From an uncultured Bacteroidales bacterium (lineage in GTDB: Bacteria; Bacteroidota; Bacteroidia; Bacteroidales; Muribaculaceae), in assembly GCA_900549375.1 (NCBI GenBank), contig URNY01000001.1, positions 1 through 48,207 of the forward strand: 48,207 nt of DNA. Direction: 5' to 3'. The notes beneath the pieces were generated by a model that searched no databases, had not been told where the DNA came from, and saw nothing but the letters and a program-made list of their open reading frames with translations. Below are positions 39,760-47,644 of this stretch, piece after piece (the first letter of the stretch is position 1; each line of letters opens with the position of its first letter). The position numbers were made by a program, and so were the translations under genes.

Positions 39760-40108
39760 CCACTTTTGGTGATTTTTATTAGTGACCCCGGTGGTTTCGG
39801 GGTTATAACTTTCAATGCGCTGAGTTACAAAGATTTAGAGAAGTAGTAGAGAGCCGACTCACTAATGACTCATTCTGCTATTTCAATGTTCTTCTCCGAA
39901 ATAATATTTCGGTATTGCAAAGTTAATACTTTATCTCCAATTATCAATGAGCCAAAGCGTTAAAAATACCTTTTACTCACGATAAGATAATTTTTCAGGC
40001 TCACGGTTCAAAATGCCATATCTAAGTATTTCATTGAAAGATGGCATGCGCCGACTCACGGTAGAATTATGCCCTTTAATTACTCTTGGTAATTAAAATT
40101 TGAAGAAG

Positions 40109-40903
40109 TCACACCATACGAATCTTATGTGCATTATCTAATCTTCTATGGCAATATGATACCATTCCGAGTATTTCCAAGGCATCTTGCTCTGTTATAT
40201 TCCAGCTATATTTAGGCTCATGTGCTTCCGTATTACGGAACATTCCGCACAAACCTTTAAGTAAGTTACAAAATCCTTTGTGTTCATCTTTTTCAGATGG
40301 AGATGTGTAGTTGTTAATTATCAAGATTGGGTTTGCACTAAAAACTTGTTCTATCAATGTCACTCCATCAGTAGTTAATCCAGATAAATCTTTAATTCTC
40401 TGAAATAACCCTTTATGGGCTTCAAATACTGAATGGAAATAGTTATTTGTAAGCAGTTCAGGTAAGCAATATTTGAATATTTCTTTATGTGTGTTCCGAT
40501 ATTCTAACTGTTTTTTCAAAGTCTTAGCACGTTGTTCTGCATCTGTAACTGTCTTTGATCGCACACACTCATAAATTCGACCATCATCTCTTATTTCAAA
40601 TCCAACAAAAGACAATATAGCACTAACATTATTAAGTATATCGTGATAATGACTGGACTTTGTAATATATGACGCAGGTTCTAATACAAGTTTTATAAAA
40701 TTCATGATTTGATTAGAGCAATTCTTGTCATTCTGATAACGGGCAAAAGCATTATAAATGCGCTTCCATTTCGTTGAAAGTTCTATTTGATCTGTAAGAG
40801 AAACCTGTTCTAACATTAATGGCAACTGAGATCCTGTTACTTCCTCTCCTAATAGTTTTGCCAACTGTTCCAGTTGACCTCTTGAAAAACAAGGCGCTAT
40901 CAT
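40109..40903 (-). CDS. TIGR02391 / Ymh family protein (HEPN-like, RxxxxH)
   Basis: STKWKRIYNAF N-terminal domain; NYFHSVFEA.K, GF.NLLKGL.GMFRNTEAH and DALEIL...SY.HRRLD motifs. Confidence 0.85.
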   Translation of the reverse strand: MIAPCFSRGQLEQLAKLLGEEVTGSQLPLMLEQVSLTDQIELSTKWKRIYNAFARYQNDKNCSNQIMNFIKLVLEPASYITKSSHYHDILNNVSAILSFVGFEIRDDGRIYECVRSKTVTDAEQRAKTLKKQLEYRNTHKEIFKYCLPELLTNNYFHSVFEAHKGLFQRIKDLSGLTTDGVTLIEQVFSANPILIINNYTSPSEKDEHKGFCNLLKGLCGMFRNTEAHEPKYSWNITEQDALEILGMVSYCHRRLDNAHKIRMV

Positions 40904-41835
40904 ATTATCTTAGTTTTTCTTTTATGATTAACCAATGCCGATTTAATACGGCAGACATATTCCTTGTGGCTTTCATTCGCTGTGATTTTTGGTATCTCAA
41001 TATTAAAATGAGTAGCCCATATATTAGCGCTAAATCCAATTATTCGGTAGAGTAGTGAGTTAGGATTCTCCTTTAGTGAGCCATCGGCAAATTGCAGTGC
41101 ATATTCAATTCTATCATCAATATCTGGATAACTCGTTGCTGTAAGCGTTGGATTGATAAATGCGGATGAAATAAGAGCTAAAATAATACCTGCAAAAATC
41201 GTATTCTCGTTTTTTGTTTCCTCTCCCCATTTTTTTAGGTGAAGGATGGCATGTTTATCTGCATCAAGTTCATTGAATGGAGTATCCTCATCGTGTTCAA
41301 ATATGAAATGTCCAAACTCATGATGTAAAATATATGTTAGCCCAGCAATTGTCATAGAATCTGAAAAGTCCGTATATTTATTGGGCCTTGATGTGTTGGG
41401 AAACCGAAAAAGTGTACCACGAGATGCTGCCATATACTTTTTATCATTATCATTTGGTAAAAGCATCTTTAATGCTTCAGACAGCATTTCACCAGCCTCT
41501 CTGCAATAAGCTTCAGCTTCTTCTTTTGAAATTGAGGCTTCTCCTTCAACGCTATCTGTAAGAATTAAGCAGCAATCGTTAATTACTAAAAAGGCGTAAC
41601 AGATGAGATAAAGAAACTCACAGTAATTATCATTTATTTCTATGATATTTTCTCCAGTTAATGAAGCCGGCTGCCCTACTGGAGCATCATTAAGCACATA
41701 TTTAATACCTTTTTTTAATCCATTATCAATAGCTTGTATGTGAGTATTATCGCTCACTACTATATGAAATAGAGATAAAACTCTGTCCATTATATGACCG
41801 ACCGGAAAATGAAGCATCTGATTGTTCTGTTGCAT
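40900..41835 (-). CDS. Lit-like (peptidase U49) HEXXH zinc metallopeptidase
   Basis: YILHHEFGH, downstream ELDADKHA and SYPDIDDRI; no signal peptide. Confidence 0.7.
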   Translation of the reverse strand: MQQNNQMLHFPVGHIMDRVLSLFHIVVSDNTHIQAIDNGLKKGIKYVLNDAPVGQPASLTGENIIEINDNYCEFLYLICYAFLVINDCCLILTDSVEGEASISKEEAEAYCREAGEMLSEALKMLLPNDNDKKYMAASRGTLFRFPNTSRPNKYTDFSDSMTIAGLTYILHHEFGHFIFEHDEDTPFNELDADKHAILHLKKWGEETKNENTIFAGIILALISSAFINPTLTATSYPDIDDRIEYALQFADGSLKENPNSLLYRIIGFSANIWATHFNIEIPKITANESHKEYVCRIKSALVNHKRKTKII

Positions 41836-41843
41836 ATTTTATC

Positions 41844-42392
41844 CTATTTCTCGCATTTAGTTATTTCTTCAGTAAACAGATGAACGGTCGAGGACGGGTT
41901 GGCATAAACCTCTTTACCTTTGGCGCGTGCCGCAGCATCACTTATGTTCTCAATCAGTATTCTTTTCATCGCCGTTGAAAATTCTCCTTTGGAATAAGCC
42001 GGATCTTTGCTTCTCAAAAGAGCCAGACACTCTGATGACGATATTTCACGGTTGACATCAGCATAGTGCAGCAGAAACCAATATTCTATACAAGGATTGG
42101 AAAGCAGAAGTATGGCATCCTTTATCTTTGACAGATGAGAGAGCATACCGGGCACATCAAGGTCGAACATCAGAAATGTCTTGTCGGCTGATGTTGTAAA
42201 CCTCTCCCTTTTGCATCTGTCGATATACGGCTGGGATATATTGGAATCGCTCACTCTTGCAATGATTTCAACCGGCACACGAAAACTGCGGCGCAGCAAA
42301 TCAACGTATGCCGCCTCTGTTTTCCCTTCGCAGAAAACGAAGAATGTCGGATTCATTTTCTTGCCTCTCGGCTGTTTCGCTTTTCGTGCCAT
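41844..42392 (-). CDS. RloB family (AbiLii-like, TOPRIM) protein
   Basis: VFCEGKTEAAY, MFDLD, SNPCIEYWFLLHY and NPSS motifs. Confidence 0.9.
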   Translation of the reverse strand: MARKAKQPRGKKMNPTFFVFCEGKTEAAYVDLLRRSFRVPVEIIARVSDSNISQPYIDRCKRERFTTSADKTFLMFDLDVPGMLSHLSKIKDAILLLSNPCIEYWFLLHYADVNREISSSECLALLRSKDPAYSKGEFSTAMKRILIENISDAAARAKGKEVYANPSSTVHLFTEEITKCEK

Positions 42393-42394
42393 AG

Positions 42395-43549
42395 TCAGAT
42401 GTTTTCAAATTCGTTGACATAAGGCACGGCATCGAAACGTCCCTGAAGATATGCTTTCTCCAGATCCATCTTCTCGCGGAAGTCCTTGTAATCAAAAAGT
42501 GAATAAAGGTCACTGGAGCCGTCATCGCGCTTGTTCACAAAGAAAATCTGGTCTTTGCGGAAGCGTGTCATGTCAAGCAGATGGGTGTTGTGCGTCGTAA
42601 ATATAAGCTGCGCCGACCTGCTGTTGTGGAACAGGTTGATGAGATACTCGACAAGCCGGGTGTGCAGGCTCGTTTCCACTTCGTCAAGAAACATTGTCTT
42701 ATTATTGCGGACAACATCCATTACCGTGAGCATTATCCTGAACAATATTTTTGTACCTTCTGACTCTTCCGTATTGAAGTCAAACGGAAGTGAAGGATTG
42801 CGGCGATGGAATGTCGTCAGTTCGCCGTCTTTGTATGAAAACTCCACAATGTCGCTGTCGGCAGCTTTAAGGACACGAAGAACCGCATCCTTGTTATCTC
42901 CGAGGAATCTGTCTGTCACCGCTGATGTATTGCCGCGATAACTGAATATAAGCTGTTCGTTGAACCATCGGTATATCTCCTTTGCTTTGTCACGATCCAT
43001 CTGGCTTGCACGCGACAGGAAAAGCGTTTTGCGTGAGGTGTTCGACGCCACATCCATCGGACGGCGTATTACGGTCGTAAACTCATATTTCTCCTTCTTT
43101 CCCCCGGATTTACGTTCATCACGGGAGAATATCAGAGCCTTGCGCCCTTTGGGATAATAGTACAGGCTTTCGGTAATGATTTCCTCACGGGTGCAGGAAA
43201 AAGAATATTCGTGTTCTATCTCGTTGACGATAAAACGTATGTAGAACTCACTCGGAGCATCATCTCCGCCAAATTTGAAAGGCTTGAAACCGAAACTGTC
43301 ACCCTCATTATAGTTGTGAGAATCCAGAATCATATCCACCGCAGCCTTGACAGCCTTGATTATGTTGCTTTTGCCTGATGCGTTTGCTCCGTATATCGCA
43401 ATAGTCTTCAAAAGCCGTTCTCCGCCGACGCTGAATGTGTTTTCGGCAAGGGCGCGGGCTTCTTTTGTCTGTATATTGGCAGCCTGTAAGTCAAGCGTTA
43501 TTTTCTCGTTAATCGAGAAAAAGTTGGTGAGAGCGATTTCTAATACCAT
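42395..43549 (-). CDS. AAA_21 / RloA (AbiLi-like) ATPase
   Basis: IYGANASGKSN, ESEGT, FLDEVETSLH, QLIFTTHN and YLQGRFDAVP motifs. Confidence 0.9.
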   Translation of the reverse strand: MVLEIALTNFFSINEKITLDLQAANIQTKEARALAENTFSVGGERLLKTIAIYGANASGKSNIIKAVKAAVDMILDSHNYNEGDSFGFKPFKFGGDDAPSEFYIRFIVNEIEHEYSFSCTREEIITESLYYYPKGRKALIFSRDERKSGGKKEKYEFTTVIRRPMDVASNTSRKTLFLSRASQMDRDKAKEIYRWFNEQLIFSYRGNTSAVTDRFLGDNKDAVLRVLKAADSDIVEFSYKDGELTTFHRRNPSLPFDFNTEESEGTKILFRIMLTVMDVVRNNKTMFLDEVETSLHTRLVEYLINLFHNSRSAQLIFTTHNTHLLDMTRFRKDQIFFVNKRDDGSSDLYSLFDYKDFREKMDLEKAYLQGRFDAVPYVNEFENI

Positions 43550-43577
43550 TTCAAATGCTGTATTTGGAATTATTTTG

Positions 43578-43585
43578 CAAATATA
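43578..43585 (-). promoter_or_regulatory. -7 promoter element of the ATPase-RloB-peptidase-HEPN operon
   Basis: TATATTTG (TAnnTTTG) on the minus strand, 28 nt upstream of the ATPase start. Confidence 0.6.
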
Positions 43586-43636
43586 ACACTTTGATTCGGA
43601 TTATGGACTATTCAGCCAAGAAAAAAATCAATGTTG

Positions 43637-43924
43637 TTTGTTCGCCACTGCGAAAACTGCGAGAGGCGTGGCTGCTCACGGTATTGTCGTCGGCTATGCC
43701 GTCGGAGTGTGACGGCGAAGCAGGCTTCACTGACACCCTCCGACCGCACACCGACTATGGGAGCCGGCTGAACACCGGCTGCCTCATACGCCTTGTGAGA
43801 TTGCGACAGGGATGTCGCACACACAAGACTTCTAATCGACAGCCCGTGTTCTTAACGCCTGCTCATTGATAAGGAATTTGAGCCGCCTCGCCACTCTCCG
43901 TTTGTTACGGCCCACGGCGGCAAA
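43637..43924. other. Multibranched structured non-coding element
   Basis: Three internal hairpins enclosed by nested closing stems (see findings). Confidence 0.6.
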
Positions 43925-44165
43925 GAATGTTTCGGTGCCGATCCCTCCATAAATTCCGGGGTCGTCCCCGACACATACATTGCCTTATACCGGGGCTGTC
44001 ATAGCGGTTTCTAATGAAAGTATAGACATTATCATCGGTGAGAGAGTATGACATACATTAGCTTCGGGCATATTTATGGACATTGCTATTATCTTACGGA
44101 TAGCATTTCTTGTATGTCTGCCGTTCAGTGTCACCCACCGGGGCGTTGCCAGCTCTATGTTTATC

Positions 44166-44368
44166 GCGGATAATAATCGGGGTTCAAAGTCTGTTCGCTC
44201 GGAGTTGATGAACACGCCGGGACGGGGTATTCTATTGCATTTGCCTGAAAAAATCTCCACAGCTCCCCTTGGTCGGTAGTATTTTTTCCGGCAAGTGCAG
44301 AACACCCCTTTTCTCCCGTCGTGCAAGTGTGTCAACGAGCGAAAAAACTTCAAACAGCGATTATACGC
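44166..44368. other. About 200-nt imperfect hairpin upstream of the pcfK/pcfJ cluster
   Basis: Nested inverted repeats centred on about 44267 (see findings). Confidence 0.65.
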
Positions 44369-44389
44369 ATTAAAAAAAAATATCGCCTT

Positions 44390-44605
44390 ATGACACTGAA
44401 CGACAGACATATCAACAAAACGAGCTTCACTCCTTCTCCAGCTCATACCGCATTAAAAAAGGCGGCAAGAGTGATAGGGATTATGGCAGGTCTGATTGTC
44501 GGAGTGCTTCTTTGGGCGATACTGAAACCAATTTGCCGAGGTGTTGGGTGGATAATCTCAATCCTAACGGCAGCAGGGATAATCTATTGGATAACGACAC
44601 TCTAA
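44390..44605 (+). CDS. Small two-TM membrane protein of the ICE
   Basis: ATG after an A-rich leader; two hydrophobic helices; first gene of the pcfK cluster. Confidence 0.6.
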   Translation: MTLNDRHINKTSFTPSPAHTALKKAARVIGIMAGLIVGVLLWAILKPICRGVGWIISILTAAGIIYWITTL

Positions 44606-44618
44606 AACATTTACGACT

Positions 44619-45059
44619 ATGGCAACGAACACAATGAAAGGAACACAAGCGTTCCAAGACACAATCGCCCAATACCTTATGGCAAGGGCGGAAAACGACC
44701 CTCTCGTAGCGGTCAGGCTGGCAAATCCCTCCAAGACGATGGAGCAGTGTTGCGCCTATATCATCGGAGAGGTCAAGAAAAGCGGTTGTTGCGGTTTTAC
44801 CGACGATGAAATCTTCGGTTGGGCAATGCACTTTTGGGATGAGCCGGAAATCGAGGTAAGCAATACAGCCACCAACTGCCAAGTGGTAGTAAACCATACG
44901 GTAGAACTGACAGAGGAAGAAAAGGAACAGGCACGGCAGGACGCCATCAACAAACTCCGTGATGAGGAAATGGCTAAAATGCGCAGACCCAAGACCACCG
45001 AAAAGAAAACCACCGAGAACAATCCCCAAATCGCACAACCCAGTCTTTTTGACCTCTAA
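44619..45059 (+). CDS. PcfK-like protein
   Basis: CCAYIIGEVKKSGCCGFTDDEIFGWAMHFWDE, VVVNHTVELTEEEK and QPSLFDL motifs. Confidence 0.88.
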   Translation: MATNTMKGTQAFQDTIAQYLMARAENDPLVAVRLANPSKTMEQCCAYIIGEVKKSGCCGFTDDEIFGWAMHFWDEPEIEVSNTATNCQVVVNHTVELTEEEKEQARQDAINKLRDEEMAKMRRPKTTEKKTTENNPQIAQPSLFDL

Positions 45060-45071
45060 AACATTACGGCT

Positions 45072-46340
45072 ATGAAACCGAGAACTAAATTTGAACAAGC
45101 GGTAATCGCACAGAGTGGGCATCTTCGCCCACTCGCCACCGCACCACGCCGTTGGGCGTTCCGAAATACAATCAATCACTATGCTTTCCGACTACCGAAA
45201 GGTCGCACCACTTGTATGGATTGCGGACACTCGTGGCTGATGTCGGAGGCATCCGAGAAATGCACCTGCCCCAACTGCAAGGCTAAACTTGAGGTCAAGG
45301 AAACTTATGTACGCAAATGTCAGCAGAAATCCTTTCTCAATGTAATAGACACCTGCGGGGAGTATCAGTTATTGCGAATGTTCCTTATGGTGGTGGAAAT
45401 GCGCAAAGGCTTCAAGGCTTCGCCCGCCTTTTTGGAAATCGGTCAGTATTGGATTGCTCCCAACGGCAAGACGGTACTTGTGGCGATACAGCGTACAATG
45501 GGCTGGTATCTTGACTGCTTCGCCTTCGGCTCTCCTATGGAGATAAGAAAGGACAACGACACCTACCGCCACATATCCGACCAATATCTCTATCCGAGGT
45601 TCAAGGTTATTCCGGCTCTCACAAGAAACGGATTTAAGGGCGATTTTCACGGAATAGCACCGGTAAATCTTTTCTCAATGCTCCTGTCCTCGCCACAAGC
45701 CGAGACACTGCTGAAGGAAGGCAACATAGGTATGCTCAAATATATGGCACGAAACACCGCAGAGGTAAAGCACTTTTGGGCATCGTATATCATCGCCAAG
45801 CGTCACGGATATGATATTCCAGACCTTTCAACGTGGTATGACTACCTGCGTATGCTGGAGCGTTTCGGCAGGGATACCCGTTCTCCAAAACTCATCGCCC
45901 CTTCCAATCTATTTGACGCACACGATGAATATGTGAGGAAAACCAATATCCAAAGGGAGAAGGAGCGCAGGGAGGCTGACCGCAAAAAGGCTATGGAGAA
46001 AGAAGCCAAGTTCAAGGAACTCAAAGGTCGCTTCATAGGTCTTGTGTTCACAGACAACGAGATAGAAATCAAGACCCTTGACAGCGTTGACGAATATTAT
46101 ATGGAAGGCAACACACAGCATATATGTGTCGGGAGCGCCCAATACTATCTGAAAGCCGAGAGCCTTGTATTCTCCGCCCGTATAGACGGCAGGATTGTGG
46201 CAACCATCGAGATAGACCTAAAGACGCTCAAAGTGATACAATGCCGAGCAGCCTGCAACAAGGACAGCGAATATCGGGAGCGTATTGAAAAGGCTATCGC
46301 AAGCCACCGAAAGGAAATCAGAGCGAGAATGACCGCCTAA
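45072..46340 (+). CDS. PcfJ domain protein
   Basis: N-terminal CMDCGH...CPNC zinc ribbon; W.DYL.ML, EG..QHICV and ATIEIDL...IQCR motifs. Confidence 0.88.
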   Translation: MKPRTKFEQAVIAQSGHLRPLATAPRRWAFRNTINHYAFRLPKGRTTCMDCGHSWLMSEASEKCTCPNCKAKLEVKETYVRKCQQKSFLNVIDTCGEYQLLRMFLMVVEMRKGFKASPAFLEIGQYWIAPNGKTVLVAIQRTMGWYLDCFAFGSPMEIRKDNDTYRHISDQYLYPRFKVIPALTRNGFKGDFHGIAPVNLFSMLLSSPQAETLLKEGNIGMLKYMARNTAEVKHFWASYIIAKRHGYDIPDLSTWYDYLRMLERFGRDTRSPKLIAPSNLFDAHDEYVRKTNIQREKERREADRKKAMEKEAKFKELKGRFIGLVFTDNEIEIKTLDSVDEYYMEGNTQHICVGSAQYYLKAESLVFSARIDGRIVATIEIDLKTLKVIQCRAACNKDSEYRERIEKAIASHRKEIRARMTA

Positions 46341-46351
46341 ATGTTTAATCC

Positions 46352-46379
46352 GACTACCGCCCGAAATATGGCGGTAGTC
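46352..46379 (+). terminator. Stem-loop after pcfJ
   Basis: GACTACCGCC-N8-GGCGGTAGTC; no U-tract. Confidence 0.45.
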
Positions 46380-46395
46380 ATAACCCCCACTGATT

Positions 46396-46653
46396 ATGAA
46401 CGTAACATTTGAACACCCGACTATCGTCTTTGATGATAAGATAGCCGAAATCATCATAGAGTTTGTAAACCATATTCTCTATGCCGACAGCGAGGAAACG
46501 CTACGACAGATAGTTGCCGACTTTGCCGACAAGTACGACCTTGACCGATACTTCGTCTATGGCTACGGCAGTCACCACCTATGGCTGAAACAAAGAAAGA
46601 TAACCAACCCCGATATAACATTTGAATATCGAATATTGATTGTAGAATACTAA
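46396..46653 (+). CDS. Hypothetical ICE protein
   Basis: Co-oriented ORF in the cluster; FVYGYGSHHLWLKQ. Confidence 0.65.
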   Translation: MNVTFEHPTIVFDDKIAEIIIEFVNHILYADSEETLRQIVADFADKYDLDRYFVYGYGSHHLWLKQRKITNPDITFEYRILIVEY

Positions 46654-46665
46654 AACCACGATACT

Positions 46666-46917
46666 ATGACAACGAAAATGACCGCCAACGGAGTAAGCAC
46701 AACCACCACTCCCGGCACTGAACAACCTTTAGCTCGCCGACCGTATGGGAGGCAATACGAGGTGTTTTACACCGGCTACCCCCCACGGCGTAAGCATTAC
46801 CAATACGACTATCGCCACACCGACGGAGAATTGTTCTCCTGTGTGGCTGGAACACTCAAAGAGTGCAGACAACGCCGTGATGAATGGCTCAACAAGAAAA
46901 ACAACAACTCAAAATGA
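46666..46917 (+). CDS. DUF3873 family protein, with an apparent 10-aa insertion
   Basis: NGVST and YQYDYRHTDGELFSCV..TL.ECR..RD.WL motifs. Confidence 0.8.
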   Translation: MTTKMTANGVSTTTTPGTEQPLARRPYGRQYEVFYTGYPPRRKHYQYDYRHTDGELFSCVAGTLKECRQRRDEWLNKKNNNSK

Positions 46918-46924
46918 CATAACT

Positions 46925-47242
46925 ATGGATAATCTGATTGCAAAAACGATACTCCTGCAAATCGGAGGACACCGCTTCGCCGCCATGACGGGAAGCCACG
47001 ACTTCATCAATCTCGTCAACGGATTGAGAATGAGCCTCAGCCGTAACAAGACATCGGCGAACCGCCTTGAAATCATCTATGACGAGGGCGCAGACCTCTA
47101 CAACGTGAGGTTTTACCGTCAGTCCATGAACCACAAGACGTTTGAGGTAACGACAAAGGACATTGAGAAGATTGAAGGGGTCTATTGCGATATGCTGGAG
47201 GACATCTTCACCGATGTTACGGGTCTATACACTCACTTTTGA
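46925..47242 (+). CDS. Conserved mobile-element hypothetical protein
   Basis: Start moved to MDNLIAKTILLQIGGHRFAAMTG; DLY...F and GVYCDML...FT.VTGLYT motifs. Confidence 0.75.
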   Translation: MDNLIAKTILLQIGGHRFAAMTGSHDFINLVNGLRMSLSRNKTSANRLEIIYDEGADLYNVRFYRQSMNHKTFEVTTKDIEKIEGVYCDMLEDIFTDVTGLYTHF

Positions 47243-47270
47243 AAAGATATTTGCCAAGTCGTAATATAGC

Positions 47271-47311
47271 AGGCTGGACGACCTCGTGATGAAGTCGCCC
47301 AGCCTATTTTT
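47271..47311 (+). terminator. Rho-independent terminator of the pcf cluster
   Basis: AGGCTGGACGAC...GTCGCCCAGCCT followed by ATTTTT. Confidence 0.7.
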
Positions 47312-47501
47312 CGCTAAAAATTTCGGCCGCCAAAAGGCGGCGTTTGGCAGGTTTCAATCTTTGGCATAATTTTTGCAGTATAATATTTAGCTGGGGTCTG
47401 ATTCTCACCCAGACGCATCGGCAACAGATAAGCGACTATCGGGAGGTGAGTTTAAGTGTTTCCCGACTGGTAGATGGATTTTAACTCAAACCAAATGTTC
47501 T

Positions 47502-47600
47502 ATGAAAAAAAGAATGATGGTGGATGTTAAAGTCGATGTCGCTGAGACGATATACGCAATAGCGTCCCTGATTATGGTTCTCGCTTTGATTTTTGCGTAA
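47502..47600 (+). CDS. 32-aa single-TM peptide (type I toxin-like)
   Basis: MKKRMMVDVKVDVAETIYAIASLIMVLALIFA*; structured leader and its own downstream hairpin; below the ORF-track size cutoff. Confidence 0.55.
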   Translation: MKKRMMVDVKVDVAETIYAIASLIMVLALIFA

Positions 47601-47609
47601 GAGCGACAA

Positions 47610-47644
47610 GGGCGTGATGGGATTCCCATCACGCTCCAATTTTT
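47610..47644. terminator. Terminator between the peptide gene and the convergent lysozyme gene
   Basis: GCGTGATGGG-ATT-CCCATCACGC followed by a T-run on the plus strand. Confidence 0.7.

Noticed and set aside
39781..39805. Intact tRNA gene
   Set aside because: Only a short 3'-end-like segment is present and no cloverleaf can be built.
40621..40633. CACTAACATTATT identical to part of the TetR operator region (10643-10655)
   Set aside because: It lies inside an AT-rich CDS and lacks the second half-site, so it is probably chance.
43925..44160. oriT in the ICE intergenic region
   Set aside because: No recognisable nic motif and no adjacent mob genes; CTn oriT normally lies next to mob, outside this window.
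43555..44446. ORFs 43555-43869, 43612-43824, 43985-44446 and 44076-44279
   Set aside because: No motifs and atypical composition; the region is better explained by secondary-structure elements.
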